Virus record (IMG/VR): IMGVR_UViG_2974518066_000001
Location: 1 to 64,000 of that record
DNA: 64,000 nt
Source of the DNA: a virus
Taxonomy: Duplodnaviria > Caudoviricetes
Reading direction: 5' to 3' (one strand)
Position 1 is the stretch's first letter. Each line of letters starts with the position of its first letter. A program made the position numbers and the translations under genes. This document shows positions 39,253 to 48,724 of the stretch, in pieces. Under the pieces are notes generated by a model. That model saw only the letters and a list, made by a program, of their open reading frames with translations, searched no databases and was not told the origin of the DNA.

Positions 39253-39457
39253 AGCTGGTGCTGTCAGGCACCCACTGCGGGATCATGGTTGTGGTCTTAC
39301 CGCCGTCGAACGAGAGATATTGCATATACATGTAGCCGGGGTGGAATTGCTCGTGCCCGGCAAGGCAGGCTCCGCGATCGACATCTAGCCACATGAACAG
39401 CGAGACCAGAGCGACGATTGCGGCAGTGATGCCGCCGATCCAGAGGACCGCTCTCAC
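39215..39457 (-). CDS. Small membrane-anchored protein
   Basis: TM VLWIGGITAAIVALVSLFMWL followed by a Cys-containing domain. Confidence 0.55.
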   Translation of the reverse strand: MRAVLWIGGITAAIVALVSLFMWLDVDRGACLAGHEQFHPGYMYMQYLSFDGGKTTTMIPQWVPDSTSYVCDEWEFPNGK

Positions 39458-39585
39458 GACCGGAGCTTCCGGCCAGTGATGGTCTCGGCGACGGCCATGA
39501 AGAAGTCGCCGATATGAAAAAAGACCGCTCCAAGACAAAGCTCGAAGTCAGTCTGCGAATTGGTGTTTGTCATGATGTCCTTTCG

Positions 39586-39620
39586 GCCGTGATGGGTCAG
39601 TTAAAATAACCCATCACGGC
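39586..39620. repeat. 12-bp inverted repeat enclosing the GTTA-N3-TAAC motif
   Basis: GCCGTGATGGGT (39586-97) / ACCCATCACGGC (39609-20); GTTAAAATAAC at 39600-39610. Confidence 0.85.
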
Positions 39621-39631
39621 AAATAAAAAGG

Positions 39632-39853
39632 TCAGTTGATCCGAGCGATCTTCATCCCTGCGTTGCACTCGAACATCGCTGCGACTTCATCGACATCACC
39701 GTTAACGGTGAGCTGATCAGGGCCGCTTGCTCGGAGGATCACTATCTTGGTTTGCGTGTCGCCCTCGGGCACGATCGAATAGATGTCGGCAGGGCGGACG
39801 TAGATACCGCCGAGTTCGATCGTATCGATGCGGAGGAGGTCAAAGTCGGCCAT
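39632..39853 (-). CDS. Hypothetical protein (FlbD-like size and pattern)
   Basis: IYVRPADIYSI...TKI...LTV...DEV. Confidence 0.5.
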   Translation of the reverse strand: MADFDLLRIDTIELGGIYVRPADIYSIVPEGDTQTKIVILRASGPDQLTVNGDVDEVAAMFECNAGMKIARIN

Positions 39854-39968
39854 CAAATCCACCCCAGATAGCGGAGACAGACGGCGACGATCAGGCACGG
39901 GATGGCCAGAGCGGCGACGGCCTGAAAGATGATGCCAAGACAGCCCAGCGATGCGATGAGGGCGCGCA

Positions 39969-40586
39969 TCAGTGAACGCTCTCCGTCTTGTCGGCGCGGA
40001 GCTGGGCGGCGCTGTCCGAATAACGCAGCTCCTTGTAGCGCTGGCCGAGCTTCCAGACATTCTTGCCCAGCGTCTCGTCGCGGCTGACGCCGTGGACGCT
40101 GCGGATCGATTCCAGAACCGCTTCGAGATAGCACAGGGCTGCGAGCAGTGCGCTGCGATCGAGCGGCTTGTTGTAGATGACCCACTTCTTGGTCACGTCG
40201 AACACGTCGGCGGCGGCCTTGGGCAGGTCGGTGAAATCGGCCATGGCGATATCGATCTTCGAGGCCATGGTCTCATAATAATAGATGCCGGTGGCCGCCC
40301 GCAGGCCCTGCACGTAGAACTCGATATCGCCGAGTTCTTCGATCAGGTTGTCGCGATCGAAGGCGAAACCCTGAGCATGGGCGTTCAGCGGCTCGAACAG
40401 CTCACCGGCTTCGCCGGGAATGCACGAGGCCATGTGCCATGCGTCAGCCTTCTCGGCCGTCAGCGACGCGAGGATCGCATCGCCGGGCTTCGCAAGGAAG
40501 GTGACCAGATCGGGGTGAGTGATCTGGCCGCCATCGGGGAGCGCATACGCCTTGGGAACGTAAGAGCTGGTGATGTTGCAATGCAA
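39969..40586 (-). CDS. MazG-like nucleotide pyrophosphohydrolase
   Basis: GEAGEL, EELGDIEFY, N..KL..RY; partial internal duplication. Confidence 0.8.
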   Translation of the reverse strand: MHCNITSSYVPKAYALPDGGQITHPDLVTFLAKPGDAILASLTAEKADAWHMASCIPGEAGELFEPLNAHAQGFAFDRDNLIEELGDIEFYVQGLRAATGIYYYETMASKIDIAMADFTDLPKAAADVFDVTKKWVIYNKPLDRSALLAALCYLEAVLESIRSVHGVSRDETLGKNVWKLGQRYKELRYSDSAAQLRADKTESVH

Positions 40587-40599
40587 AAGGCAGGTCCTT

Positions 40600-40869
40600 T
40601 TAGTTGGAGGAAACGGCGCCGCCCTGCTGGGCGATGACATCGGCGTTGGCGATCGAGCGCTCGGGGTTCGCAGCGACCAGCGCCTCGGCATATTTCAGGA
40701 CCGAGTCCCGGAACTCCGGGGTGTGGATCATCTGGTAGATGTAGTGACCGGTAAAGTGAGCGGCGGTCGCCTGACCGTCGTCGATCTTGTGGTCTTTGAC
40801 ATCCAGAGCGGCCTGATAGCTGCCGGAATCAAGGTCGATGTCGGTGAGGGTGATGGTGACGATGGCCAT
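40600..40869 (-). CDS. Hypothetical protein
   Basis: AGGAG RBS, 89 aa. Confidence 0.6.
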   Translation of the reverse strand: MAIVTITLTDIDLDSGSYQAALDVKDHKIDDGQATAAHFTGHYIYQMIHTPEFRDSVLKYAEALVAANPERSIANADVIAQQGGAVSSN

Positions 40870-40960
40870 GGAAAATTGCTCCTGTTCTCAAAATTCTATG
40901 AATTTGTTCTCGGTTCGTTCTCGTCGGAAATGACTCCCCATTTCCAACATTGCAAGCGGA

Positions 40961-41899
40961 TTAAGCCGCGAGCGGAAGATCGTCGAAGCGCTGCAGGTTC
41001 TCGCCGGGCAGGAACTTGCGGTTCTGGTTCCAGCCTCGCAAATTCCCATGCAGTTGCGGGTTCATCCAGCGCTTGCCCTTGGTCAGATAGCTGTCCGGGG
41101 TGGCCTGATGCTCGACCGGCGAAGCGTGGATCGGCGCGGCGCCGACCAGCTTGTTGTAGAGCATGATATCCTTCACGATGTCGGTCGCTTCGCCGCTGTG
41201 GGTGCGATAGCTGGTGCGGGCACACCGGGCGGCCGAGACCTTCTTCTTGACCTCGATCACCGGCGCACCGGCGTTGGTGATGAGGCCCAGCGAACGCAGC
41301 TCGTCCATCGAAGCCGTCCGCAGATAATGCGCGATGCGATCTTCGTCTTCTGGCAGAATGTAGGGGAGGTGCCAATCGCCCAGACCCAGAAGGGTCGGCG
41401 TCGATGCTTCGCGGGCAGCGATGATGGCCTTGGCCAGTGCCTGCATCGACGGGTCAGCGTCAGGGTGGTCGCGCAGACCGTAGAAATTGTCCCAATCGGT
41501 CCCGGTGACGACGACCCGCATATGCTTGAAGGGCTCGACGACGCGGTTGATGTGCTGCTTGTGAGCCTTGAGGCGGTCCATGCGCTCGGCATGGCGGATC
41601 GCATCTTCCATGGCTTCGAGCCAGATACCGACCAGCTCGGCTTCGACTTCGGCGGTCGCCTTGGTCCAGCCCTGCATACCGGCTTCGTTCATGCGCCACT
41701 CGGCGGGCATGGCCGGGTTGGCGCGGATCGCGGCGATCATGCGCTGGACGGGGATGGCACGGCTGGAGGAGGCGTTACGCGAGAAGACGCGGTGCGTCAT
41801 GAACTCGCCGTGGATGAAGAAGGGATAGACCAGCTCCATGCTGGTCAGGCGAGGGGCGTCCACACCGATGCTGTCGGTGAGGATATTGGCAGTGAACAA
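40961..41899 (-). CDS. thyX: Flavin-dependent thymidylate synthase
   Basis: EFMTHRVFSRNASSSRAIP, HKQ..NR, CARTSY, HASPVEH. Confidence 0.93.
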   Translation of the reverse strand: MFTANILTDSIGVDAPRLTSMELVYPFFIHGEFMTHRVFSRNASSSRAIPVQRMIAAIRANPAMPAEWRMNEAGMQGWTKATAEVEAELVGIWLEAMEDAIRHAERMDRLKAHKQHINRVVEPFKHMRVVVTGTDWDNFYGLRDHPDADPSMQALAKAIIAAREASTPTLLGLGDWHLPYILPEDEDRIAHYLRTASMDELRSLGLITNAGAPVIEVKKKVSAARCARTSYRTHSGEATDIVKDIMLYNKLVGAAPIHASPVEHQATPDSYLTKGKRWMNPQLHGNLRGWNQNRKFLPGENLQRFDDLPLAA

Positions 41900-41916
41900 A
41901 ACGTCAGTCCCTTTCG

Positions 41917-42507
41917 TCAGTGTTTCGTGACGCGCTGCAGGAAGTCTTCCTGAAACGCGGCGATAACCTGCGCCACGTCCTCGCCCGGCTGGGCGGAACG
42001 ATTCAAAATCTTCTGGTGGGGAGGAAGGGCGGCAATGATGTCGTCGATCAAACGTTCAGATTCATGCTCACCCTCGACAGGCTTGTTCCATTCCGCTTCG
42101 ATACCGAAAGGAACGCCGCCCGCTTCTTCAACCGCTTCCACCTCGTTGGGGAAGCGCACATCCGTGATGACAGCCTTCTTGTCGGCGGCACGAACCATCG
42201 TGACACCGACCCAGAAGTCTTCACCCATCAGGTCGCGACCCCACTCTGTCCCGAGCGTCTGCATGGCGTATCGCGGAGATCGCCCTGCAAGGTAGATCGA
42301 CGGCTCCTCCTTGAGGTCGCCTTCGATCATCCGCTCAATGATCTCGGCATCTACGCCCTGATAGGCGAGAAGAAACCGGATCATTCCCTTGAGGGCACCG
42401 GCGAACTTAACGTTCTCGTAGCCCCCATTCAGCAGCACCGATGCTGCTGTATCCTTACCGCTGCCGCGTCGGCCGATCAGGCCGATGAGTGTTGGTGTAG
42501 ATGACAT
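41917..42507 (-). CDS. Deoxynucleoside monophosphate kinase
   Basis: GRRGSGKDT, FAGALK, MQTLGTEWGR, TDVRFPNE, HESE. Confidence 0.92.
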   Translation of the reverse strand: MSSTPTLIGLIGRRGSGKDTAASVLLNGGYENVKFAGALKGMIRFLLAYQGVDAEIIERMIEGDLKEEPSIYLAGRSPRYAMQTLGTEWGRDLMGEDFWVGVTMVRAADKKAVITDVRFPNEVEAVEEAGGVPFGIEAEWNKPVEGEHESERLIDDIIAALPPHQKILNRSAQPGEDVAQVIAAFQEDFLQRVTKH

Positions 42508-42777
42508 TGTGTTTAGTCCTACTGTCCTGAGTCGCACAAGTGCCTTTGACGAAATGTGCGATATTTGCGACGAACCGATGGAACCTCATTAACAGGTTAG
42601 TCGGACTAACCTGTCCGACAGCTTCGGTTTCGAGATGAAACCCAAGATGAGAGGCCCGCATTTTTAAGCCATATCAATGGCTTGTCGGGGTTGTGGGTGT
42701 ATTTCTCGTGTCAGTCAGTCAGGCGAAAATATGGTTAATACGTATTATCCACGCGGACATGAACCTGACACAATATT

Positions 42778-44106
42778 TCAGTCGGGCGCCACGATGATCA
42801 GGCGTTCGGCGGCGCGGGTGATGGCGGTGTAGAGCCACTGATCGGCCGACTCCCGGAACACATGACTCTCATCATGGACGATCACTTCGTCCCACTGCGA
42901 ACCCTGCGACTTGTGACAGGTGATCGCCCAGCCGAAATCGACATGGTTGTCCTTGAGCTTCGCCTGATAGACAGCCGACTTGCTGGCGGTGGCGTAGGTC
43001 GGATCGCGCTTGATGTGCTGCTCGAACAGGGCCTGCACCACATACATGGGCTTGAGGTTGCCTTCCTCATCATAGGCCTTGAGGAGATAGCGCGCGGCGC
43101 CGTCGTCCATCATCCCGTGATCGTCAGCCGAATAAATCTGCGTGCCGTTGACCAGATCGGGATACTGCTTCGAGTTCTTGCACATGATCAGCGGTTCGCC
43201 GGTCATGGGTGCGGTATCGAGATAGCCGCCGGTCTTGCGGATGCGGCTGGTCAGGCGCCAGCGGTTGCGGTTGGTGCCGACGATGATCTGGGCATCACGG
43301 TCAAGGTCGAGACTGAACCGATCGTCCTTGGGACGGACGATCATCACGCCGCCACCGTAATCACCATAATCACCGCGCTCACCCTTGCGGACCAAGGTGG
43401 CAAGATGGATGATCGGGTTCTCGGCCGCCTGACGATGCACCTCGGTGAGGAAGAAGTCCGGGCTGTCATCAAGGAAGCCGGGTTCGTCGCCGACCGGCGG
43501 AAGCTGTCCGGGATCGCCGATCGCTAGGACCGGGATGTCGAAGTCGAGGAGATCGCCCGCCATCTGCTTGCCGCACATGGAGGCTTCGTCAACGATGATC
43601 AGCTTCTTGTTCTCGCTGACCAGCTTCGAGTCCGGGTTGAGGTTGAAGTGCAGGTCCGTGATCGTGTAGGCGCGGTCCAAGTCCTTCGTGATGATGTCGA
43701 TCTTCTTCTCCAGCTCACGCAGGGAGGAGAACTCGCCAAGGGCGGCGTTACCCGCCTTGACGTTGACATAATGCTCCTGCAGCCCGGCCAGCTCTCGTTC
43801 CAAGAACTCCGCCTTCTGCGGCTTGGGCGTATAGATCAGGCTGTGGATGGTGGTCGGGTAAGCCTTGATGCCTTGGGCACGGAGCTTTTCACCCATGACC
43901 TTGGCGGCCTTACCGGTCGGCGCACAGAAGGCGACCTCACCGACTGAGATGCCCAGATCATTCAGGATGTCGGGCAGGATGGTGGACTTACCGGTCCCGG
44001 CGAAGCCCGCAAGGACGAACACCCGCTTGATCGCAGAACTGTTTTTGAACCAGTCCTTGATCTTCTTTACGGCGTTCCCCTGCTGCTGGGAAAGCTGAAA
44101 TGCCAA
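42778..44106 (-). CDS. RecD/Dda-like SF1 helicase
   Basis: GFAGTGKST, APTGKAA, DEASM, GDPGQLPPV, HRQA, ITCHKSQGS, YTAITRA. Confidence 0.93.
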   Translation of the reverse strand: MAFQLSQQQGNAVKKIKDWFKNSSAIKRVFVLAGFAGTGKSTILPDILNDLGISVGEVAFCAPTGKAAKVMGEKLRAQGIKAYPTTIHSLIYTPKPQKAEFLERELAGLQEHYVNVKAGNAALGEFSSLRELEKKIDIITKDLDRAYTITDLHFNLNPDSKLVSENKKLIIVDEASMCGKQMAGDLLDFDIPVLAIGDPGQLPPVGDEPGFLDDSPDFFLTEVHRQAAENPIIHLATLVRKGERGDYGDYGGGVMIVRPKDDRFSLDLDRDAQIIVGTNRNRWRLTSRIRKTGGYLDTAPMTGEPLIMCKNSKQYPDLVNGTQIYSADDHGMMDDGAARYLLKAYDEEGNLKPMYVVQALFEQHIKRDPTYATASKSAVYQAKLKDNHVDFGWAITCHKSQGSQWDEVIVHDESHVFRESADQWLYTAITRAAERLIIVAPD

Positions 44107-44507
44107 TGATGCCTCAGTGGAATTTGACAGTCACCTTCGGGGCGTTCCCTTTCAGGATCGCGATGGTGATGTAGATGAGGGAGAGGGCGAGGGCCGGGAC
44201 CGCAGCGGCGGCCAACACGAGGACCATCAGTGCCCAGAAGACGAACCGGAAGACGGCAGTCTTAGCGGCGTGCAAACTTCTCACGACGGTCACTGTCCCG
44301 TTCGATGGAGAAACCTTCACCGGTCAGCAGCCACCCGACCAGAGCGAGAAGCGTGGTGGAAAGACTGGCCAGCGCGTGAAAGGGAAAGAGGATGGCCCGC
44401 ATAAGCAGGTCCGAGGCGCAGCGGATCGAGTGAAACCGGGCGAGGATGGCCGTGAAGACGACGCCTGCCAAAAAGCCGAGGAGCGCTATCATATGCGGGC
44501 CTCCCGA

Positions 44508-44771
44508 TCAGGCCGCCGGGGCGGCGGGCATGTCGGCCATGGCGCGGACCATGATCATGGTCGAAAGCAGCGAGTCGAAGGTCTTGGCGTCGAGGATCAG
44601 CGAGCCTCGGCCGCGAACGCCGATCTCGTAGGTATCGACTTCGACATTCTCGCCGAACATGCGCGAGACGATACCGGCGTCGGTGTAGGCGCCATCGACC
44701 AGCACACCGGGACCGCGTTCAACACGAGCGACGGGCGTGGCGATGGGGAGGGTTTCGAGGAAATCGAGCAT
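44508..44771 (-). CDS. Hypothetical protein
   Basis: 87-aa ORF in gene string. Confidence 0.5.
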   Translation of the reverse strand: MLDFLETLPIATPVARVERGPGVLVDGAYTDAGIVSRMFGENVEVDTYEIGVRGRGSLILDAKTFDSLLSTMIMVRAMADMPAAPAA

Positions 44772-44798
44772 GGTATCCAGTCGGAAGAAGAGGAGAGA

Positions 44799-44826
44799 AA
44801 AAGAGGGGCCGGGATTACCCGGCCCC
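44799..44826 (-). terminator. Terminator after SSB-like gene
   Basis: GGGGCCGGG-TAAT-CCCGGCCCC then TCTTTTT on minus strand. Confidence 0.7.
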
Positions 44827-44836
44827 TTGGTGCCGA

Positions 44837-45838
44837 TCAGGCGAAGCGGCGGGTGCGGGCACCACCGGCCGGGGCGGCGCGGCGCGCGGGAGCCGGGGCT
44901 TCCTCCTCAGGCTCTTCGGCCGGTGCAGCAGCAGCACGGCGGCTGCGGGGTGCCGGTGCTTCTTCCTCGGCTTCTTCGGCCGGGGCGGCAGCAGCGCCGC
45001 GACGGCCCGGCGAACGACCACGCGGAGCGGGCGCTACGTCTTCATCGACTTCGGCAGGGGCAGCGCCGCGACGAGTGCGGGGAGCCGGTGCCGGTTCCTC
45101 TTCCTCGACGACTTCCGGTTCGGGCTCCGGTTCCGGCTGGCGACGCGAGGTCACCTGCTTGGGAGCCGGTTCCGGCTCATAGTCGTCGTCGTTGTCGCCG
45201 CCGCCGACCGTCAGGCCTTCCAGCTCGGCTTCGCTGATCCAGCCGACGATCTTGAAGATCAGCGACCACTTCTTGCCGTGCTTCTTCTGCTTCGGGATGT
45301 AGCTTTCCGTCTGCAGCTCGACGACCGGCAGCTCACCGGGGTGCTGCATGAACGACTTGCCGTAGGCGCCCGAGAGCTTGCGGGTCGAGCGAACCGGGCC
45401 GCCGGTCGAGGTCTTGAACAGGAGCTGCGTGCCGACCGCTTCGTCGGTGGCCGAGTCCGGGCCGTCGCCATATTCGAGGATCACGGCCGAGAAGGAGGCC
45501 GCTTCGCGCCAGCCGTCGTCCGGGTCGTTGTAGGGACCGTGGTCGGTCAGCTCATGTTCCATCGGCGGCTTGCCATCGGTGACCAGACGGAAGACTTCTT
45601 CTTCCACTTGGCTGTCCACCCAGCAAATCCAGCCGAAGGCCAGCGTCTGCATATCGACGACGAGCTGCGAGCCGACCGGCAGTTCGGTATCGTCCGAGCC
45701 GAAGGTGATCTCGCCGGTGTTGCCGTTGAACTTGAGGTAGGCGCCGGTTTCGACACCGCGCGCCGCTTCGGCCCACGGGTTCTGACCGCCGTAAGCTGCG
45801 AGAGCGTTGGCGGAAGTCTGAGTTACGAGAGAGCCCAT
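44837..45838 (-). CDS. Putative ssDNA-binding protein with acidic repeat tail
   Basis: YLKF...G, GWICW, PVVEL..ESY..KHGK...FKIVGW; EEEAPAPRR repeats. Confidence 0.7.
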   Translation of the reverse strand: MGSLVTQTSANALAAYGGQNPWAEAARGVETGAYLKFNGNTGEITFGSDDTELPVGSQLVVDMQTLAFGWICWVDSQVEEEVFRLVTDGKPPMEHELTDHGPYNDPDDGWREAASFSAVILEYGDGPDSATDEAVGTQLLFKTSTGGPVRSTRKLSGAYGKSFMQHPGELPVVELQTESYIPKQKKHGKKWSLIFKIVGWISEAELEGLTVGGGDNDDDYEPEPAPKQVTSRRQPEPEPEPEVVEEEEPAPAPRTRRGAAPAEVDEDVAPAPRGRSPGRRGAAAAPAEEAEEEAPAPRSRRAAAAPAEEPEEEAPAPARRAAPAGGARTRRFA

Positions 45839-45927
45839 GAAAACTCCTGATTGGGGCTGTAGGAAAAGTTGGTCGGATTACCCGCCGACCACGGGAAGGT
45901 TATGTAAACTAACCTATGCGGACGCAG

Positions 45928-46293
45928 TTAGGCCGGGTCGGCGGCGTCCACGGCTGCGTCGGCTTCGACCGGGGCAGCGGAGGGCATGGAGCGCTTGAGG
46001 GCGCGGGCCATGTCAGCCGACTTCTTGGCGTCGGCGATCTTGCCCTCGACCTTGGCGACGGCTTCTTCCGTGCCAGCGACGAGGATGTCTGCCTTGGCGA
46101 AGGCCGCCTCGAACAGCTTGTCGATATTGGTGTCGTGGGCCTTGAACAGGTCGTCGATCTTGCCCTCGAACTTGGCGATTTCGTCGTCGTGCTTTGCGAG
46201 GAAGGCATCGAGACGGGCGTCCAGAGCGACCATGAAATCCACGATCGACTGGACGTTCCGCGCCACGAGGCGCAGAAGTGCAGACTGCAGCAT
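45928..46293 (-). CDS. Hypothetical coiled-coil protein
   Basis: 121 aa, downstream of conserved promoter. Confidence 0.6.
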   Translation of the reverse strand: MLQSALLRLVARNVQSIVDFMVALDARLDAFLAKHDDEIAKFEGKIDDLFKAHDTNIDKLFEAAFAKADILVAGTEEAVAKVEGKIADAKKSADMARALKRSMPSAAPVEADAAVDAADPA

Positions 46294-46371
46294 GTTGTAG
46301 GGTTCCCTTTCAGGGATGTCGGTGGGAGAGCGGGGCCGCTGCGAAATGTCGGGAGCGGCGCCGAGGTGGTC

Positions 46372-46413
46372 TGGATAACTAGGGGATCGGTGAATGTCAA
46401 GTTAAAATAACAC
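46372..46413 (-). promoter_or_regulatory. Conserved promoter/operator
   Basis: GTGTTATTTTAACTTGACA, 17-bp spacer, TATCCA. Confidence 0.8.
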
Positions 46414-46425
46414 TCACCGACGAAG

Positions 46426-47475
46426 TTATTTCAGCTTCACGACGAGGCGATCATAGCCGGAACCTTCCTTCTGGTATTTCTCCAGATCGATGCCGTCCGC
46501 CGCCATGGCGAGCTGGTCGAGCGACTTCTTGCCCGAGCACCACGAGAGGTTCACGGAGAAGGAATCGTCGCCACAGTTTTTGGAGCCGTGGTCACGCAGG
46601 AGCTGTTTGATCTCCTCCTCGGCTTCCTTCTTTTCGGTTTCGGCGTCCTTCTTGCGAGCGTCCGCGTCCTTCTGGCGTGCTGCCAGAATACCGAGGCGTT
46701 CGGTTACGTCTGCCGGGAGGGTGCGCTTCTCCTTGGGCGCCGAGATGCCCTGAGCGATAGCACATTCCTCGTGGAACTCGCACAGGTTGCAATCGCCCGA
46801 CAGCTTGCCTTCCGGCGGAAGGTCCGTGGGCTCCTGAGCGGAGAACACCTGCTGGGCTCGCTTCTCGGCCGCCTCATATGCCTTGGGATCGTAAGGCACC
46901 ACAAAGCAGCGGATGTCCGACATGATCGAGGCATTGATGTAGACGATGACGGCGAACTTCGGCGTGTAGTTCGTCAGGTCATGGAGGAGGCCCATCTGGA
47001 CCTGTGTCTGGCCGATATGGACCGGCTTCGCCTCCTTGATCGACGCACGCGGATCGAAGCTCTTGAACTCGACCACGAACTGGCCGGTGCCGAGCAGCGA
47101 GGGCACACCAAGGTCTTCCAGCGCATCGTCGGGGGCATCGACCACGAGACCGTCAGGCGTGGCCGACAGGCGGCCCTTCTTGATGGTTTCCTGTTCTTCA
47201 CCCGCGAAGAGGAGCTGGGCGGTGTCAGGAAGCAGCCCGGCAACCGCCGGGACCGCGACCTCGTTTTCGATCACGTCGCCGCGACGGGCAGCGCCCCAAT
47301 CAGCGACGTGATCATCATCCGGCTCGTAGCCGAATTTCTTGAAGAACACCTTGCGCATACAGGTGAAGGCTTCGGAAGCACCGACCGACGCATTGCGATC
47401 GAACTTCCACTTCTTCTCACCCTGCGAGGCGGTGAAGCTCTCGAAGAGCTTGTCCTTGAAACCGAGTGCCGCCAT
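46426..47475 (-). CDS. Cas4/RecB-like PD-(D/E)XK exonuclease
   Basis: GASE..C.R, ATPDG, EFKS, Q.Q.QM, C..C.F...C. Confidence 0.85.
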   Translation of the reverse strand: MAALGFKDKLFESFTASQGEKKWKFDRNASVGASEAFTCMRKVFFKKFGYEPDDDHVADWGAARRGDVIENEVAVPAVAGLLPDTAQLLFAGEEQETIKKGRLSATPDGLVVDAPDDALEDLGVPSLLGTGQFVVEFKSFDPRASIKEAKPVHIGQTQVQMGLLHDLTNYTPKFAVIVYINASIMSDIRCFVVPYDPKAYEAAEKRAQQVFSAQEPTDLPPEGKLSGDCNLCEFHEECAIAQGISAPKEKRTLPADVTERLGILAARQKDADARKKDAETEKKEAEEEIKQLLRDHGSKNCGDDSFSVNLSWCSGKKSLDQLAMAADGIDLEKYQKEGSGYDRLVVKLK

Positions 47476-47747
47476 CAGTCGATGCGCACCGTCGAGGACT
47501 TGCCCCAGCCGAAGATACCGGTCTGCGAGCAGACGACGCCCGAGACATACCGACCTTCCGAGTTGAGAGCGGTGAAGCCGGTCGAGGTGTCGTCGCGATC
47601 ACCGCAGCCGGTCCAGCGGTGGCCAGTGATCTGCACGTCATGGAAGCCGAAGGCCTCCGCCGCCCGCTTTGCTTCAACCGGATCGGAGAAGCAGGCAGAG
47701 AGCATCGCAGCAGCGAGCAGCACGCCCGCCGTCATGATCTTTTTCAT
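47475..47747 (-). CDS. Lipoprotein
   Basis: MKK signal, lipobox LSAC, GC...D..TGF.A...VSGVVC. Confidence 0.75.
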   Translation of the reverse strand: MKKIMTAGVLLAAAMLSACFSDPVEAKRAAEAFGFHDVQITGHRWTGCGDRDDTSTGFTALNSEGRYVSGVVCSQTGIFGWGKSSTVRID

Positions 47748-47775
47748 GGTGGATTTACCCTTGTGGTTGACCGGA

Positions 47776-48039
47776 TCAGTCCGGTTCGTCGTCGCTGAAA
47801 TCGTCGGACGACGACCAATCGTCATCGTCCCAAACGACATCATTGAGGTTGGAGGGGAGCTGGCCGTGCAGGTTGATCCACACCGGGTGCAGCTCGCGCT
47901 CTTCAACGCTCTCGATCTCGTATCCGATGATGCCGGTGAGAGCGGAGAAGAGGGAAATGTCGTGACCCTGATCGACCAGATGTTCGTTCAGGTAGAGGCC
48001 GGTCCAGTCGCTGGACACGGCAATGATGATCTGGCTCAT
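47776..48039 (-). CDS. Hypothetical protein
   Basis: DWTGLYLN..LVDQGH motif; acidic tail. Confidence 0.6.
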   Translation of the reverse strand: MSQIIIAVSSDWTGLYLNEHLVDQGHDISLFSALTGIIGYEIESVEERELHPVWINLHGQLPSNLNDVVWDDDDWSSSDDFSDDEPD

Positions 48040-48044
48040 TGGCC

Positions 48045-48410
48045 TCAGAAGATTTCGGGGGAATATATGCGGAGGCGTGCGAGCTTGCCTGCCCGGTGGG
48101 CGTCGTAGCCTTCCTGCGAGATGTAACCGCGCTCGGACATCAGCGAGAACAACGTCATCACGTCGTAGACCTCGGAGATGAAACGCTGCATCACGGTAGG
48201 GCCGTCCGGGTCGGACAGCTTGCGAAAATTGGCGCGCTCCGAAGAGCGGTGGAGTTTCGAGCGCTCCTGAATGACCTCGCCGCATTCTTCCTGCAGCAGG
48301 TAGAAAAGCTCGATGTCGCGCGCCGGGATCGGGTCACCGCTTCGCAGCACTTCGGCCGCATAGGCGATGGCATATCCTTCCGGCGTCGAGAGGTCCTGAT
48401 CGTGGATCAT
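48045..48410 (-). CDS. Degenerate MazG-like protein
   Basis: LQEECGEVIQ..SK..R...EVYDV. Confidence 0.55.
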   Translation of the reverse strand: MIHDQDLSTPEGYAIAYAAEVLRSGDPIPARDIELFYLLQEECGEVIQERSKLHRSSERANFRKLSDPDGPTVMQRFISEVYDVMTLFSLMSERGYISQEGYDAHRAGKLARLRIYSPEIF

Positions 48411-48724
48411 TTCTTCTCACCATTGAGATATTCGAGAATGGAAACTTCCGCGTCGCGGAAGGTGCGGAATGGGCCTTTGGTCTCGCCGCCCGGTGTGTCC
48501 CACCACCAATAATGGTAGGTGTCCGAGTAGGGCGTGATGGCAACCGTAGCTTCCATGACGAAGGCAGCTTCTGCCTCCGTCATATAGGGACCAAAGAGCT
48601 TGCCATCTTTCTTGTCGCGGTAATACCAAGTCCCACGGCTCTCGCCATTGAACTGGTCCTTGACCTGAAACGCGACGCCCTTCGGGAAGCGAAGGTTCGG
48701 CCGGATGGTCCGAACCTCGCCCAT
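48407..48724 (-). CDS. Hypothetical protein with duplicated W...GP[YF].T..AE motif
   Basis: WYY...FGPYMTEAEA and WWW...KGPFRTFRDAE. Confidence 0.6.
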   Translation of the reverse strand: MGEVRTIRPNLRFPKGVAFQVKDQFNGESRGTWYYRDKKDGKLFGPYMTEAEAAFVMEATVAITPYSDTYHYWWWDTPGGETKGPFRTFRDAEVSILEYLNGEKK

